Assembly: GCF_006345805.1 (NCBI RefSeq)
Contig: NC_042997.1
Location: 146,134,001-146,198,000, forward strand
Length of the DNA stretch: 64,000 nucleotides
Source of the DNA: Octopus sinensis
Lineage: Eukaryota
Direction: 5' to 3'
Positions 40,001 through 54,420 of the stretch are shown in pieces. The notes under the pieces are model-generated. The model saw only the letters and a list, made by a program, of their open reading frames with translations, had not been told where the DNA came from and did no database searches. Position numbers and translations under genes: made by a program. Positions within the stretch are counted from its first letter, which is position 1. Each line of letters starts with the position of its first letter.

Positions 40001-40389
40001 TGTGTTTACATTCCTGTAACTTAGCGGTTGGGCAAAGTGATGGATAGAATAGCCTTTGAAAAATAAGTCCGAGGCTCAATTCGTTCTACTAAGATTCTTC
40101 AAGTCGGTGCCCCAGCTTGACTAAATAAAGTGAAAGATATACACATATATATAAGTATATACACGTATATATACTTATATGTATGTATGTATGCATGATT
40201 ATATACACGTTTCAAAACTTCATAATATGAATGGTGGCCCTTAAATATTATATAATATAATAGTTACTTACTGAATGAAGTGTTGGTCACCAAATCAGTT
40301 TAGCGGAGTTTACTTTCGTTCTGACATGAAATTTCAATTAGACACGGATATTTATATATACACCTATGTAAAGAAAACACCACACACAC

Positions 40390-40464
<75 letters not shown>

Positions 40465-40572
40465 CACACATACGAAAAAGTATATATATACATTCAAACG
40501 ATCAACCAATGAATTTGTCCATTTGTCCATGTATAGTATTTATAGTCAACATCTGTCTGTACAGCACCTTAC

Positions 40573-40690
40573 TTTCTCTATAGATCAATGCCTTTCCCTA
40601 CTATTGTTCGATTCCTTTCAGAACTAAGGTCTCAGTTTCTACGCTGACAAACGACTTTATTGAAGCTCTAAGAATGGCTTAAGATATATT
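40573..40690 (-). promoter_or_regulatory. Putative core promoter plus non-coding first exon of gene 2
   Basis: Homolog of 16143-16260; donor AA|GTAAGG at 40572-40567; TATA-like AATATATCTTAAG at 40690-40678. Confidence 0.55.
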
Positions 40691-40963
40691 TTGTGATTTC
40701 TGCTTCTTTTGTGTTATGAATTATTTTTGATGATTTCTGTAGATCATGTGATATATCATTTGGTCACAGTGGTGTAGGTAGTGGAACGGGATAAATATAT
40801 TTTGCTTCGATCCAGAAGCAAATCCCTTCTTCTCCGGCACTTTAATTGAATGTACTCAATTTTTGCCATTATAGTTTCAATTGTTCGTGTGTAAAGCAAC
40901 ATATTGTGTACGTACTTTATAATTATACTTAGATACACACACATATATACACACACATATATA

Positions 40964-41058
<95 letters not shown>

Positions 41059-41259
41059 CGAATGTTAATAATCTAGTTTTAAAAATTTTCCGAACATTTT
41101 CGCTTGATGGGGATATATATCCAAGCGGGCACAATGATAGCAGGAGAAATGTTAGCGTAGGCGAGAGAATAAAGTACATAAATAGCCTCAAGAAGTGGAT
41201 AATTTTCCATCATCTGTTTATCTTAAACTGATTCATGATATATATATATATATATACTA

Positions 41260-41295
<36 letters not shown>

Positions 41296-41401
41296 AGATA
41301 AAACTTACTTGGAAAAGGATGCGTGGCGTTCGATCATATAAAAAATAAATAATATATAAATATATGAATATATGCATATATATATATATATATAATATAT
41401 A

Positions 41402-41432
<31 letters not shown>

Positions 41433-41479
41433 AATGAGCAGATAATGTCTTACTTTTAGCTTATCTGTTTACTTGATTA

Positions 41480-41566
41480 AAGTTCACCTGACGATGGTAA
41501 TTTTTTGCCATGATGTAATCTAAGAGTGCATCCATAAAACGCTACCGAAACAGTTGTTGTGAATTT
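41480..41566 (+). ncRNA. Type I hammerhead-ribozyme-like motif with long loop II
   Basis: Stem I AAGTTCAC/GTGAATTT; core CTGACGA; stem II GGTA/TACC with 43-nt loop; GAAA-C(AGTT)G-TT. Confidence 0.5.
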
Positions 41567-42409
41567 TGAAACCCACTTGTATTTTGAAACCCACTTGGAA
41601 CCGAACCTGGACAGTTCACATTGGACTCGGTACTTATGTATATATGCATCCGTCTATGTGTACTGCTATATGGAGACAGCTTGTGAGTGTATATATGCAT
41701 ACAGCATACAACCAACAAATGACAACTTGAAGTTGCGCCACAGTATTGTAATCTCAGCACTCGACTTATCCGGATGTCCTACATGTTGAAATATTTCTAT
41801 TCTGACGAACACTGAAGTTGGCCTATACGTATGTATGTGTGTGTGTGTGTCTGTGTGTGTGTGCGCGTGCATCTTCAAAACATAACTGGGTCTCCTCCTG
41901 TCAAGGGTTCCATATGAGCTTACATCACGGCAGAAAACACAGATGAGGGTAGCAGCGTCAAACTCCCTCATTCACCAATAGTTAAAGAATTAAAGAACAT
42001 GAATATATCTACCTATATGCAGCGTATCTCAAAAATGTTTGCTTACTTTAACAGCTGGTAAATCAAGTTTCATTTTTTTTTTTTAGATTTAATCGATTAA
42101 ACATAATGAACAAATTAATAATATCAGGGTAATAAAGATTTTAGAAATTTTCACTACCTGTGGCCTAGCGTGTAGAAAAATTAGTCAATAGACTATATAT
42201 TATTCATATAAATACAGTGTACATTTAAACACATAAGAGGTATCCGTCATTTTTTCCTGAAACATGGTCCAGGAGATAGATGGTAAATGTTTTTTTTTTC
42301 ATTCCTTTCGAGTTTTTATCCCTAATAGTGATTTGAACTTTAGGTGTCTTTCTAGCTTGAAAGGAATACTAATGACGGATACCTCTTACGTGTTAAATGT
42401 ACACTGTAT

Positions 42410-42434
42410 TTATATATATATATATATATACATA

Positions 42435-42496
<62 letters not shown>

Positions 42497-42562
42497 ATAT
42501 ATATATACATATACATTTGGTTAGGTATTTAGATATTCTGCTTCTCTTCATTAAGTTTGCTC

Positions 42563-42602
<40 letters not shown>

Positions 42603-42974
42603 GTGTATATATATATATAATATATAATAATATATATATATATTATAAATATATATATTACATATATTATATATAATTAATTATATATCTATTATATATA
42701 TATATATATATATATAATTATATATATATATTATATAATTATATATATACGAGCAAACTTAATGAAGAGAAGCAGAATATCTAAATACCTAACCAAATGT
42801 ATATGTATATATATATATATATGTATGTATGTATGTATATGTATATATATATGTATATATATATATATATATATGTATATATAATATATAATATATATAT
42901 ATATGTATATATATATATATGTATATATACAAGTATATATGTAAACATATGTGTGTATGTATATGTACAAATGT

Positions 42975-43010
<36 letters not shown>

Positions 43011-43189
43011 TATATATATATATATATATAATGTATATATATAATATATATATATATATTATCTATATATATATATATATATATAATATATATAATATTT
43101 GTATATATACATATATATATATATATACATTTGTATATATACATACACAGATATGTATACATATATACTTGTATATATACATATATATA

Positions 43190-43237
<48 letters not shown>
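42410..43237. repeat. Long imperfect (TA)n field containing a rearranged unique segment
   Basis: Directly visible; source of the YI-rich spurious ORFs. Confidence 0.9.
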
Positions 43238-43238
<1 letters not shown>

Positions 43239-43499
43239 GGGTTGGTATTTAGATATTCTGCTTCTCTTCATTAAGTTTGCTCGTTGAGTATTTTGTGTAT
43301 TTATACCTTAAAATTATACATAATAGTATCGTATGCTATAGAAACATAAAGCCCTCAAAATCCAAACTTAAACTCAATAATTATCAATATAAATGAACAT
43401 GATTACACGGTTACGAATGATCAAATGACAAAAAAAAACAAACTCTTGAGCAAAGGGGTTTCTTTAATTCAAATATACGTGTCACTTTTTATGACGTTC

Positions 43500-43740
43500 T
43501 CTTTTACCCGTTTCAGTCATTGCAAAGCATCCAATGTTACAGCACTGCTTTGAAGAGTTTGGTTAAATAAATTTTATGTTTTACGTCTGCTGCTCATTCC
43601 ATCGGTCTCTTTTGATGACACGTTAAGTTTCCATGATGTTAGCATACCAACACTAGTTGTAAAGCGATGAAAGGGTACAATCACAAACACGAAGACTTGC
43701 AAGTGTGTGCGTATGCATGTGTGTTTGCGTGTGTGTGTGA

Positions 43741-43791
<51 letters not shown>

Positions 43792-43960
43792 CATATATGC
43801 AACAGGCTTCCACACAGTTTCTATCTTCCAAACCCACTCACAAGTCATTGGTTGTACTGGGACTATAATAGAAGAAACTCGCCCGAAGTGACGAGCAGTG
43901 GGACTGAACCTGAAACTACTTAGTTGAAAAATGACCTTCTACACCACGCAGCAATGATTG
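43500..43960 (-). mobile_element. Degenerate family A SINE, apparently orthologous to the remnant at ~20975-21125
   Basis: Reverse-complement match to family A; same flanks as the 21-kb copy. Confidence 0.7.
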
Positions 43961-44999
43961 CGCCGGAAGACCTTTGTCTAACTATTGCAAACAACAACGA
44001 TGCGCAAACCATGATTGTTATATAACGTTGAGCGTCCGATGTTTAACGTGATTAACTATACATATAAACTCCATAAGTAGTATGTCTTCTTTTTCTGTTG
44101 AAGATTACTCGTCCAACAACCCCTTATTGTATGGATAGTGAATATTGCGAAGTTTATTGAAAAAGGATCAAGGATCTACAATTTAACACATCTGTTTATC
44201 TAAACCCTTTCAATGTGCGAACGTGTGCTTTAACAGAAAAGCCATTCCGACAAATTTTACCCATTTGATCATTGATAAAGAAGCGATTAAAATCATCAGC
44301 TGGGAAAGAATTCGATTTCCCACGTGAAAAATCAAAAATTTGAATGAATGGTTGTAGTTTGTAAAAGAATAAAGGTCATTGGAAAGTCAGCATATTTTCT
44401 TTACGCGCTATTCTATTCATTCATATGACAAACATCACATGAAACCTCGAACAAAAGAAGTGAAATATCTTGCAAATTTCATAACGCTTTTGATAATACC
44501 TTCCCCTTTTCCCCTGTGTTTATTCTTTCAAATACATGTTAGGGTTCTCGACCATTTCTGCCTATGGACCCCTTTAATTTCTATTACACTCAGGGAGGTG
44601 GGACCCTCATGGCCATTCGATGTCTAAAACTCCTATTTTATGATCAAATATTATTTTATGATTAAACATCATTTTGTGATTAAATATTATTTTATCATCA
44701 TTTTATTTTATGATTAAGTATTAGTAGGAACTATATAAAAATTTGTTCAAATATTTTGTGCATTGTAGATATATAACCAGTTTATTACACATAAACTTTT
44801 ACAACAAATTTTCATATGGATACCGGTTGAGAACCACGGTGTCAGATAATATTAATGATTATAAGGTATTTCAAAATCACATATATGTATATGTATGTAT
44901 ATATACACACATACACACGCGCACATCACACACACATATCACACACACACATCCATGCATGCATGCATCTATCCATCCATTCATACATACATACATACA

Positions 45000-45032
<33 letters not shown>

Positions 45033-45399
45033 TCACTCAGCGTTTTTATCAGGTGAACCTAGTGTGAGAGAGCAACTTAATGATACAAATAGTTTAAAAG
45101 TACTTACTCTTTATTCTTTGTTCATAACATGGGCAGATGTTATAAGTCACATCACAATTACTTTTCCTTTTTTATTTTCCTTATCTTCATTCTTTCTTGT
45201 TTTCTCTCATCGTGCCTCTTTTCCGTTCTCTCCCCGTCTTTCTCTCCCCTTCCAGTTTCTTTTAATCCTCTTTGTTATCTTTCTCCATAGACAGCACTAT
45301 CATCTAACAACATCCTTTAAAAGAAAATCACCTTACAGGATCTGTCTTTCCCCGTCCCTCTTTTCTTACCACCTCTCTATGTACAAGGAAAGGACAGGA

Positions 45400-45900
45400 G
45401 GCTACTGATTCAGGATGACATGCGAGCTTCGATTGAGGAGGAACGATGAGCAAATATAATAGGATGAGACATCAGGGAGAGCATAATTAAGATGGCGCTA
45501 AATGCAGCAAGTGGATTTACGCCAGAGCAATGGGTAGCAAGCAAAGTGCGATCCCATCGAATTGTGGTGCAGGGAATTTACAGAGAATTTACAGGCTTGT
45601 CTCTTTACAGAGCTGACAACATGCTTCACCTCACAGAGGACAGTAGCCAGAAGGCTATGAGGTTGGCGATGGAGGAAGCGGCGGTTACTTCCAGGTATTT
45701 GCAGATTAATTGTGAGCCTTGGAAAGGGAGTATTACCAGGAGTAGTGCTATCTGGAGGCATGCTGGAGCTTGACTAAACCACTGCATTTCACCAATGTAG
45801 AACCACTTCTCATTTCCGTTGAATTTGTGTTCATAGCCTACACGATTTATTAGCCTAAAGAGACTTTGGAACACCCGGTGTTTCGACACTGTTGTGTATC
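45400..45900 (+). mobile_element. Highly decayed CR1/L2-like LINE RT C-terminal fragment
   Basis: FTPEQ... and HLTEDSSQKAMRLAMEEAAVTSRYLQ resemble CR1-group ORF2 C-termini; weak. Confidence 0.4.
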
Positions 45901-46889
45901 CTCATCTAAAGATATCTCGGAATAATGAATATGAAAAGATTTTGTGGCTTTTGTTTTTAAGTTCCAGAAACTAATTATCCGTCGGAAAAAAAGGTGTCCT
46001 CCATTGACAAGATACAGCAACGATTAACATATTCATGTTCGAATCTACTGAAATGAATTAAGAATGAATACGTTGACCATCGTTTTGATTCTCGTTGTTC
46101 ATTGTGCACGTGAAGATTTATTATCGGTTGGTGGATATTAGTACGAATCAGCAAATAGCTCTGTGTGTGTATGTGTGTTTGTGTGTGTGTGTGTGTGTGT
46201 GTTTACGTGTGTACGTGAGTATGAATATATATATGTGTACACAAACACATATAATGCTGATGAAATCGATGGTAGTAAACTTTTGCACAAAGAAGAAGTA
46301 AGATTAAAAATGCTTTTCATAAAAGTGTATTTATATTTACAAAACTGATACGAAGTAAGTAGTGTTACTCCATGTACAGAAACACAAACAAACGTACAGG
46401 CGCAGATATATATAGGCACACAGGCACACAGGCACACAGCAAGAAAGTAGTTAAAAAGCATAGCGCTTTATCTAGATAATTTTTCCGACCTCTGTTGTGG
46501 GTCTTCAGGCTTTAAGCTCACTGGAAAAGGGTGATGTATTCTTCAAGTTTGAATATATACACATACACATGTGTATGTCTGCATGTATTGATATGCGAGT
46601 ATGTGCATGCATACATACATACGTATATATATATATATATATATATATGCATACATATATGTACGTGCATACATACATACATACATACATACATACATGA
46701 GGCCCAAAATTCCTAGTTCTTGTACAAATCTTAGAAAAACTAAAGGACCACTGCAATAAGTGTGTGAATCTGAGAGGGGAATATGTTGAATAAAATCATA
46801 ATATACTGACCCTCTTGTATTTTCTCTTACTGAAAGCCAGGTACTTTTCAGCACCATCTCGTACATACATACATACATACATACATACA

Positions 46890-46923
<34 letters not shown>

Positions 46924-47669
46924 CATACATACATACATACATAAGTACGTCCATACATACGTACATACATACATACATACATACATACATACATACATAC
47001 ATACATACATACTTACAAATACCATGTTGACATTGCTGAATTTCCAGAGAAGGAGTCTTAGATCTAGGTTAGAACCTTCTCTATTGGCAAGAAATCTTAA
47101 AATAAAACTGAATAATGACATACATAGATAAATATATACATACATCGCGATATGGAACAACACGCTTACATTCATACTCACCTATGACTATTCACACAGT
47201 AGAGCACACGTACACACTCGTGTGTGTGACTGTTTGTTAATAACATTTATTTGACTGGGACTTCAGATTGTACCTTTAATATTCCATTTCACCAACTGCT
47301 TGTAAAAAAATTTATCCATAACATCAGCAAATATTTTATTCCCTAAACAAGTTGATCAACTATACACGATACATACATATACACATGCACATACGCACAC
47401 ACATGCACACACATATACACACATACATATATGCATACATACATAGACACAATATATATATACATGGTTACTAATATATATATATATGGTTACTAATCTA
47501 TAGCATTAGAGGGTATATAAAAAAGAGATTAATTTTAATTAAATCTAATACACTTAACTGGTTTCTTATTTCTTTCGATTTAAAAAGCGTTGAGGAACGG
47601 AGAGTTGTGTCGCAAACAATATCGTTGTTCTAAAAAATCGTTTACTTTTATAGAGAGAATGTGATTCAA

Positions 47670-48092
47670 GGCGGCGAGCTGGCAGAAACGTTAGCACGCC
47701 GGGCGAATTGCGTAGCCGTATTTCATCTGACGTTACGTTCTGAGTTCAAATTCCCCGAGGTCGACTTTGCCTTTCATCATTTCGTTGTCGATAAATTAAG
47801 TACCAGTTACACACAGGGGGTCGATATAATCGACTTAATCCGTCTGTCTGTTTGTCCCCTCTGTGTGTAGCCCCCTGTGGGAAGTAAAGAAATAAGACAC
47901 GTTTGCATGCCGGGCGGAATGCTTCGCAGTATTTCGTCTCTCTTTACGTTCTGGGTTCAAATTCCGCTGAGGTCAACTTTGCCTTTCATCCTTTCGGGGT
48001 TGATAAACTAAGTACCAGTTGTGTACTGAGGTCGAGGTAATCGACTGGCCCCCTCCCCCAAAATTTCGGGCCTTGTGCCTAAAGTAGAAAAG
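47670..48092 (+). mobile_element. Two tandem family B SINEs
   Basis: Heads at 47670 and ~47900; conserved GTCGACTTTGCCTTTCATC body. Confidence 0.85.
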
Positions 48093-48446
48093 AGAGGATG
48101 TAGCTCAGATCGTTATCAGTTAACGTAAAGATCGACTGGTTGAGTATGGTCACATGGTGACACTCAGAGCAATAGATGAGTGTGGTGAAAGTCGCTTCCG
48201 AGTCTTGGGCTGTTTTAGCTTATTTGTTGTTGTTGTTTTGTCCAGTGGCTGTGTGGACAGATGTTATCTTATTAATCCAAGGCATGGTGACATCGTGATA
48301 TATTTATAACCTTTGGTGAATGATTCATTGTATCTTATCAAAATTGTTTCCAAACAGTTGAAAAAGAAATGGTACTTTTAAACTATTTGGAGCGCATAAC
48401 GTGTATAATAGCAGTTAGAAATTGCTAAAATAATCTCAAATAAATA

Positions 48447-48822
48447 GGCGCAGAAGTGGCTGTGTGGCAAGTAGCTTGCTAACCAACCACACGGTTGCGG
48501 GTTCAGTCCCACTGCGTGGCATCTTGGGCAAGTGTCTTCTGCTATAGCCCCGGGCCGACCAATGCCTTGTGAGTGGATTTGGTAGACGGAAACTGAAAGA
48601 AGCCTGTCGTATATATGTATATATATATATGTATGCGTGTGTTTGTGTGTCTGTGTTTGTCCCCCTAGCATTGCTTGACAACCGATGCTGGTGTGTTTAG
48701 GTCCCCGTCACTTAGCGGTTCGGCAAAAAGAGACCGATAGAATAAGTACTAAAAGGTGGTGCTCCAGCATGGCCGCAGTCAAATGACTGAAACAAGTAAA
48801 AGAGTAAAAGAGAGTAAGAGTA
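48447..48822 (+). mobile_element. Family A SINE
   Basis: Very similar to 12421-12908, with a shorter microsatellite and an internal tail deletion. Confidence 0.9.
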
Positions 48823-50010
48823 AATAAAAATGTTCTCAGCATCCATATAGATGTGTTGTATTTAAAGAGCTAGTATAAAAACAATAGAGAAGGAGGAAAT
48901 TATGGAGAAAGAGTTTGTAACTTTAATTAATCTAACACATGCGCGACTGCACGCACACACACACATACACGAACGCGCACACATACACACACACACACAC
49001 AAACACATACACATACACACACTTACATACACACACAGATCTTTCCCTACCACGTCGTTGTCGTTTGCTCTTCTCGTTTGGTGACTTAATACAATATATA
49101 TCCTAGACACAAAAATAACGGGATGTGTTGAGGCCAGGTCAAGTGTTATGTACTGAGATTTATGTTACTGGTCTCGATTTAAAACAATCTCTTTTATTGC
49201 CAAGATTCAAACCGCTGATAATACCCAAAACAGAACTATGTCTTTTGATGTCTAATGGAATCAGGTATTCCATTATTCAAATCATTCGTTTTGTTCTGTT
49301 CTAATTTTCTATGCGGCTCAAGTTATTCAACCAGTCGAAATTTCTTGCCGACCTTAGTCCAAAAAGTATTTTTTCCAATGTGAATAAAATGATGAGCGTT
49401 CTCTGGTTTATCAAGGCGACATTATTTGAGTGGTGTCTATTTCAATCTTCCTTAAATGCGATTCCTAACAAAATTAAGTTGTGAGAGTAACATTGCTCAA
49501 TCTAGCTATTGTTTCAGAGGATCGATAACAAATATCCTAACCTTCAGAGTATAAATACTTCGAAACTTCTCGATCATTCAGAAGTTAAAATATTTTACCA
49601 AGAAAAAGTACCGGAGTCTCCGAACACGCCATACAATGGTATATGTCTCTCTATATCATACAAATTACTTTTACACTGAGTGAGAGTATGACTTGTAAAC
49701 AACAGGATATCTATTTCGAGAAATGCTTGCAGAATATTTCGTTAACTAAACTATTAGAAATGCATACACACATTTATCAAACGAATTTGATAACATCCAG
49801 TTTGGGATGTTAGTTTATTCTTCAACAGTCTGAATGTTTTATGTTCTTCTAGTCACGAAGTGAATTCATTACATTTCACTTTCAATAAACAGTAATAAAA
49901 GAGATACAACTAAAGCTAGTTTGAGAATATCTTCCTTTTGCTTTAGCAAAGTGTGAGTAGCTATTTGCTAGTGATAAACTAAATTTTCTGCGACAGCACC
50001 AGTCGGAGTA

Positions 50011-52366
50011 CCGTATATTTCCGCGTATAAGACGACCTTTAGATAAGATGAGGTCAAATTTGTAAACAATGTCATGAATTTATTTCATATCTGTAGTATA
50101 AGACGACTGCTAAATCACAAAAGCATATGAGTACATGCTAGCTTTTGCAACAACGGGTATATTTAGGAATATTGGTTATGTAAAGGTGATGTTATTAGAA
50201 ATGCTTTTTTTTTATATTTACTATATCCTTAGAAATTAAAATAAACGAAATAACAAATCTGTTTCTATTTTATGTTTTTTCATACACATATCGTCTAAAA
50301 AGGAACCTGATTCTTCTACTTTATTAAAATTTATCCCTATCATAACAACTGCTAACAACAATACGATAATGGTGGTTCATATGACTGAAATGTTCTAAAC
50401 AGTTACTTCAACCTAAGGTATTAATAACCATTTACCTATAATTCATATAAAATCACTAACTGTCTAATGAAGTGAAATTTATAATTATTTTATACCCATA
50501 ATAATATACAACAACCAGCAAAAAGAAGAAAATATGAGGCTAGTTTCAAATTGAAAGTTATAGCAGGAGCCAAGAATTCGAACAATTTTGCTGCTGCTAG
50601 AACATTCAATTTTACCGTGAATATGGTACGAGAGTGGAGAAAGAATGAGGAAAAATTAGGAAAACGCCCAAACAAAAATGTGCAATGAAAAGAGGAAGCA
50701 CCCGTTGGCCGAAATTGGAAAATGATGTAGCAGAATGGGGACTCCAGCAGAGGGAAGATGGCTACATTGTAGCACGAAAGGAAATAAGATCTAATGCCCT
50801 AAAATTGGCTAAATCATATAAAGAAGAAAGTAAAGATTTTAAAGCAACAGTAGGCTGGTGCAAACATTTTATGAACAGAAGAATCTGATAATAACGGAGA
50901 AAACAAAAATCGCCCCAAAATTCCCGAAAACTGGCACAAGTAGCCAGTTTTCACCAGTTCATCATCCAGCTGAGAAAAAGGCATCAGTTTCCATTGCCTC
51001 ATATTGGAAATATGGATGAAATTCCATTAAACTTTGACATGCTGGGTAACAAAATGGTAGATTTGAAAGGGGCAAAAGCAGTGCACCTTAAAAGCACAGG
51101 ATATGAGATAACGATGTTTACGATGGTATTATTTTGCATGGCTGACAGTACAAAATTAAAACCCATGGTTATTTTTAAATGTAAAACAAAGCCCAAAATA
51201 GACTTTCCTCCTGGCGTTTTTGTTAATTTTCACGAGAAAAGGTGAATGGATGAGAGTGGTATGAAATTATGTATTGAGAATATTTGGAACTGTCGGTTAG
51301 GTGGAATACGAAACGAATGCAGTATATTGGTTTGGGATATGTCTCATAGCCACGTAACGGCAAATACTAAAACCCGATTATCCAATACCAATACTGATAT
51401 TGATGTTATTCCTGATGGTTTGTCTTCTATACTGCAGCCACTTGATGTCAGTTTAAACTAACCATTTAAAGGTAATGTAAGGGATCAATTGAATGACTGG
51501 ATGATGAATGGAGAAAATCTATTGCAAAAGGTGGAGCTAATTGTACTGCCTCATTTGATGTTCTCTGTAATTTTATTATAAAGGCATGAGACAAAGTTGA
51601 AGTAGAAAATGTGATAAAATCATTTTGAAAATGCGGTATCTTTAATACCATCGACTGTACCGACGATGATATTCTGTACAATAGCGACGACGAAGTAGAA
51701 GTCGATTCTCCAGAACAAGACTGAAATCCTTATGATGAATCTTTTAGAAACAGATAGTGATGATTGTGAGGAATTTGATGGGTTTTATAGAAAAACATGT
51801 AGCAGGTTTGATGTTTTATTAATATTATTTATCTTGATAGGAAATGTTTAAGAATTATAGTGTTTTTTATGTTTATTAATTCTATCAAAAAATAAAGGCT
51901 GTGTGTAATCTAAATTGTGTTATTTACCATCAAATAGTAATAGATTTTTTATGAAAAATTTAAATATGCTATTCTAAATGTTATTACTACAGCATTAAAA
52001 TTTTTGGAAGGTTAGCGAAAGATAAAGGTTTTTGTGAGCGCAACCATAACTCGATGTTTACATTTTCCCAGCCAAGCTCGTATAGATAATAGATGATTTC
52101 AAGGATATCTTTCGAATAGGTTATTTATTATGAAGATATACCAATAATATATAAAATAAAAAATTTTTCATTACCTAAATTATAATGTCTTTTAATTTTG
52201 TTAATCTGTTCACGTATATCTGTGGTTATCGCAAAGAGGTCGAGGTTAACTTATAAAATTACTTAAAATTTGAAGTTTCATTTTTAGAATGATGGCATAA
52301 GACAACCCTAAATTTTTAGGGTAAATTTTAGAATTCAAAGCTGGTCTTATACGCGGAAATATACGG
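50011..52366 (+). mobile_element. Full-length pogo/Tigger-type DNA transposon (2356 bp), transposase inactivated
   Basis: TIRs CCGTATATTTCCGCGTATAAGAC / GTCTTATACGCGGAAATATACGG with TA on both sides; RKYEASFKLKVIA (Brinker-type DBD), RWPKLENDVAEW..GWCKHFMNRR (CENP-B HTH), IGNMDEIP, ILVWDM, LQPLDVSLN (DDE_1); stops and frameshifts. Confidence 0.93.
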
Positions 52367-52369
52367 TAT

Positions 52370-53160
52370 ATCTAGAAATAATTGTTATTTAAGAATTTTG
52401 CTCTTTCTGTAATAAGAAAAACTAGGAGAGCCGAAATGAGGTAACATTCTGTTCAATTAAACAATAAAGCCCAAGATTTTCAGCGGTTTTCTCTGGCTCG
52501 TGATGAATCAAGAGATCCGCCTGATAATTCAGTGTTGCTACAGTTCAATCGGCAATTAATCCTAGCTTCAATGTGACGAACTAACTTCAGCGAACAAAAT
52601 GCATGGAAGAACTACTGACATTTTCGAATAGGTGGAAAAAAACATTGATTAAATACAATCTTAATGAATGTTGTGGAAAAGTTTGAAGTGTATTAAAACT
52701 GATGGTGAACGAAAATAATGTGATGAGTAGTAAAAGGTTTCGTTGCGCAAGACGAATTTGTAACAGCGTTAGATGTACAAACTTGATGTTTCACGGCGTT
52801 ATTCATCAGCGTGCATTTTTCGCAAAATATTTATATTCAAGTGTGATAAATTGACTTATACCTTTATATCAGAACTGAATTTCATTGTTGTTGGTTTTGA
52901 ACATATTGAAAGAATCGGAACTTGAATGTAGCGATTTACCATATTATACTGCTTTAAAACGACTTAGTAGTAGGACTGTTTAAGAATTTTTTCACTTGTA
53001 CGGACAGGAACGACGGATACAAACGTTTCGAAAATATAGCTCAGTTGTTACTAGAAGACGATGAGTTGTTCTAGAATTTAACATTCTCGGCCAACTTCAT
53101 AATGCATTTTAACGGATTCAATCTTAGATTTCAAGAAATGATTCTAAATTTGTGCTTGCC
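52370..53160 (+). mobile_element. Ancient hAT (SPIN/GTF2IRD2-like) transposase remnant
   Basis: KAQDFQRFSLARDES (cf. FSLALDES), FHGVIHQRAFFAK (cf. HCIIHQ), SDLPYYTA. Confidence 0.6.
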
Positions 53161-54420
53161 ATATACTCTGCTGTGAGAGGTGTTTGACATAAAATATCCT
53201 TTCTAAACTCATTTTAAAATCATTTTAACTGCTTTCCCGGCATGAAAAATACAACCAAGAAGGAAATCATATGCTCTAAAATTCGCTCAAAATATTTTTA
53301 CTAGTCTGAAGAAATTATAGTTTCAACAGCGTTTTCCAGGTTTCGATCGAAGTACGACAACGTTAAAAATTTTTCTATACCACCACCGCCACCAACACTA
53401 CCATCACTGCTGCTGCCACTACCTCTGCTGTTACCATCCGTGCTGATGTCTACCATACAGATAGTAATTCGTACGATGCTCGCAAAACAGCGAGAATCTA
53501 AACAGTAACATATTTATTTATTCCTAAGAGTACGGGCAGATTCGAATGTGGTTATCTGATCGTCGGGCTTTTTTTCCCCTTTTACACTGGTGAATTAAGT
53601 GTGTTATTGAGCACGCGTTATCTAAAGGGAGGTGTTTTCCGACGAGGAACAACAATCAGATACTCGCTCTAATCTACCAGAACGTATTAAGGAAGAATAC
53701 GTCATTGTTTAGATTCTCGCTGCTCTGTGTGCGCCTCATAAATTTCAATTTCGATTTCGACTTTTAATTGATTCTTTGGCTCAGTCTATCCGGGGGCCAT
53801 GCAAAATAGCTTATCCTTATTTAAATTACAAATATCTTTTCTAATGTCCACAATTCAAATCTGTTGCTTGAGATCCCAATACTTCCTTTAACCTTACTCG
53901 TTGATTTACTGTCACCTTGTCCTCTATTAACGATTCCCTTGAGAATTCGTTCGCTATAACATTATCAGGTCTTTTGTCATCGATTTTATGTCTTGATTAA
54001 ATGACGATATACTGGAGGAATTATTTGCAAAAACCGATTATTGCTTATTCTATTGTTTCTCTTTGTTTAATACAATATATCTGATCGCCTTTTGTGTATC
54101 CTATGGAAAACTTCGACTCTACGTAGATGTTAGCGTCATCCCATAAGTGTCGTTTCCCTGTTTGTCTTATATATTCTCATCAATCTTCCAGTGATGATCC
54201 CAAAAGCACACAATTCTCGATACTCTAATATCGATGGAATAAAGTTCTGCCTCCACCGTATCTCAGTTGGCTTTTATTTAGATACTATACAATTCTGAGG
54301 CACAAACTGCCATCTTTTATTAGCAATGTATCTACAGATGCTACAATACAACTTGTTTTCGAAGACTCCATTCCATTCCATCTTTCTCGCTAACGCATTC
54401 ACAATCAAAATCTTAAAATA

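Noticed and set aside
44743-45408. 221-aa ORF
   Set aside because: Starts at TTG, runs through (CA)/(TACA) repeats and a CT-rich tract; low complexity and no motifs.
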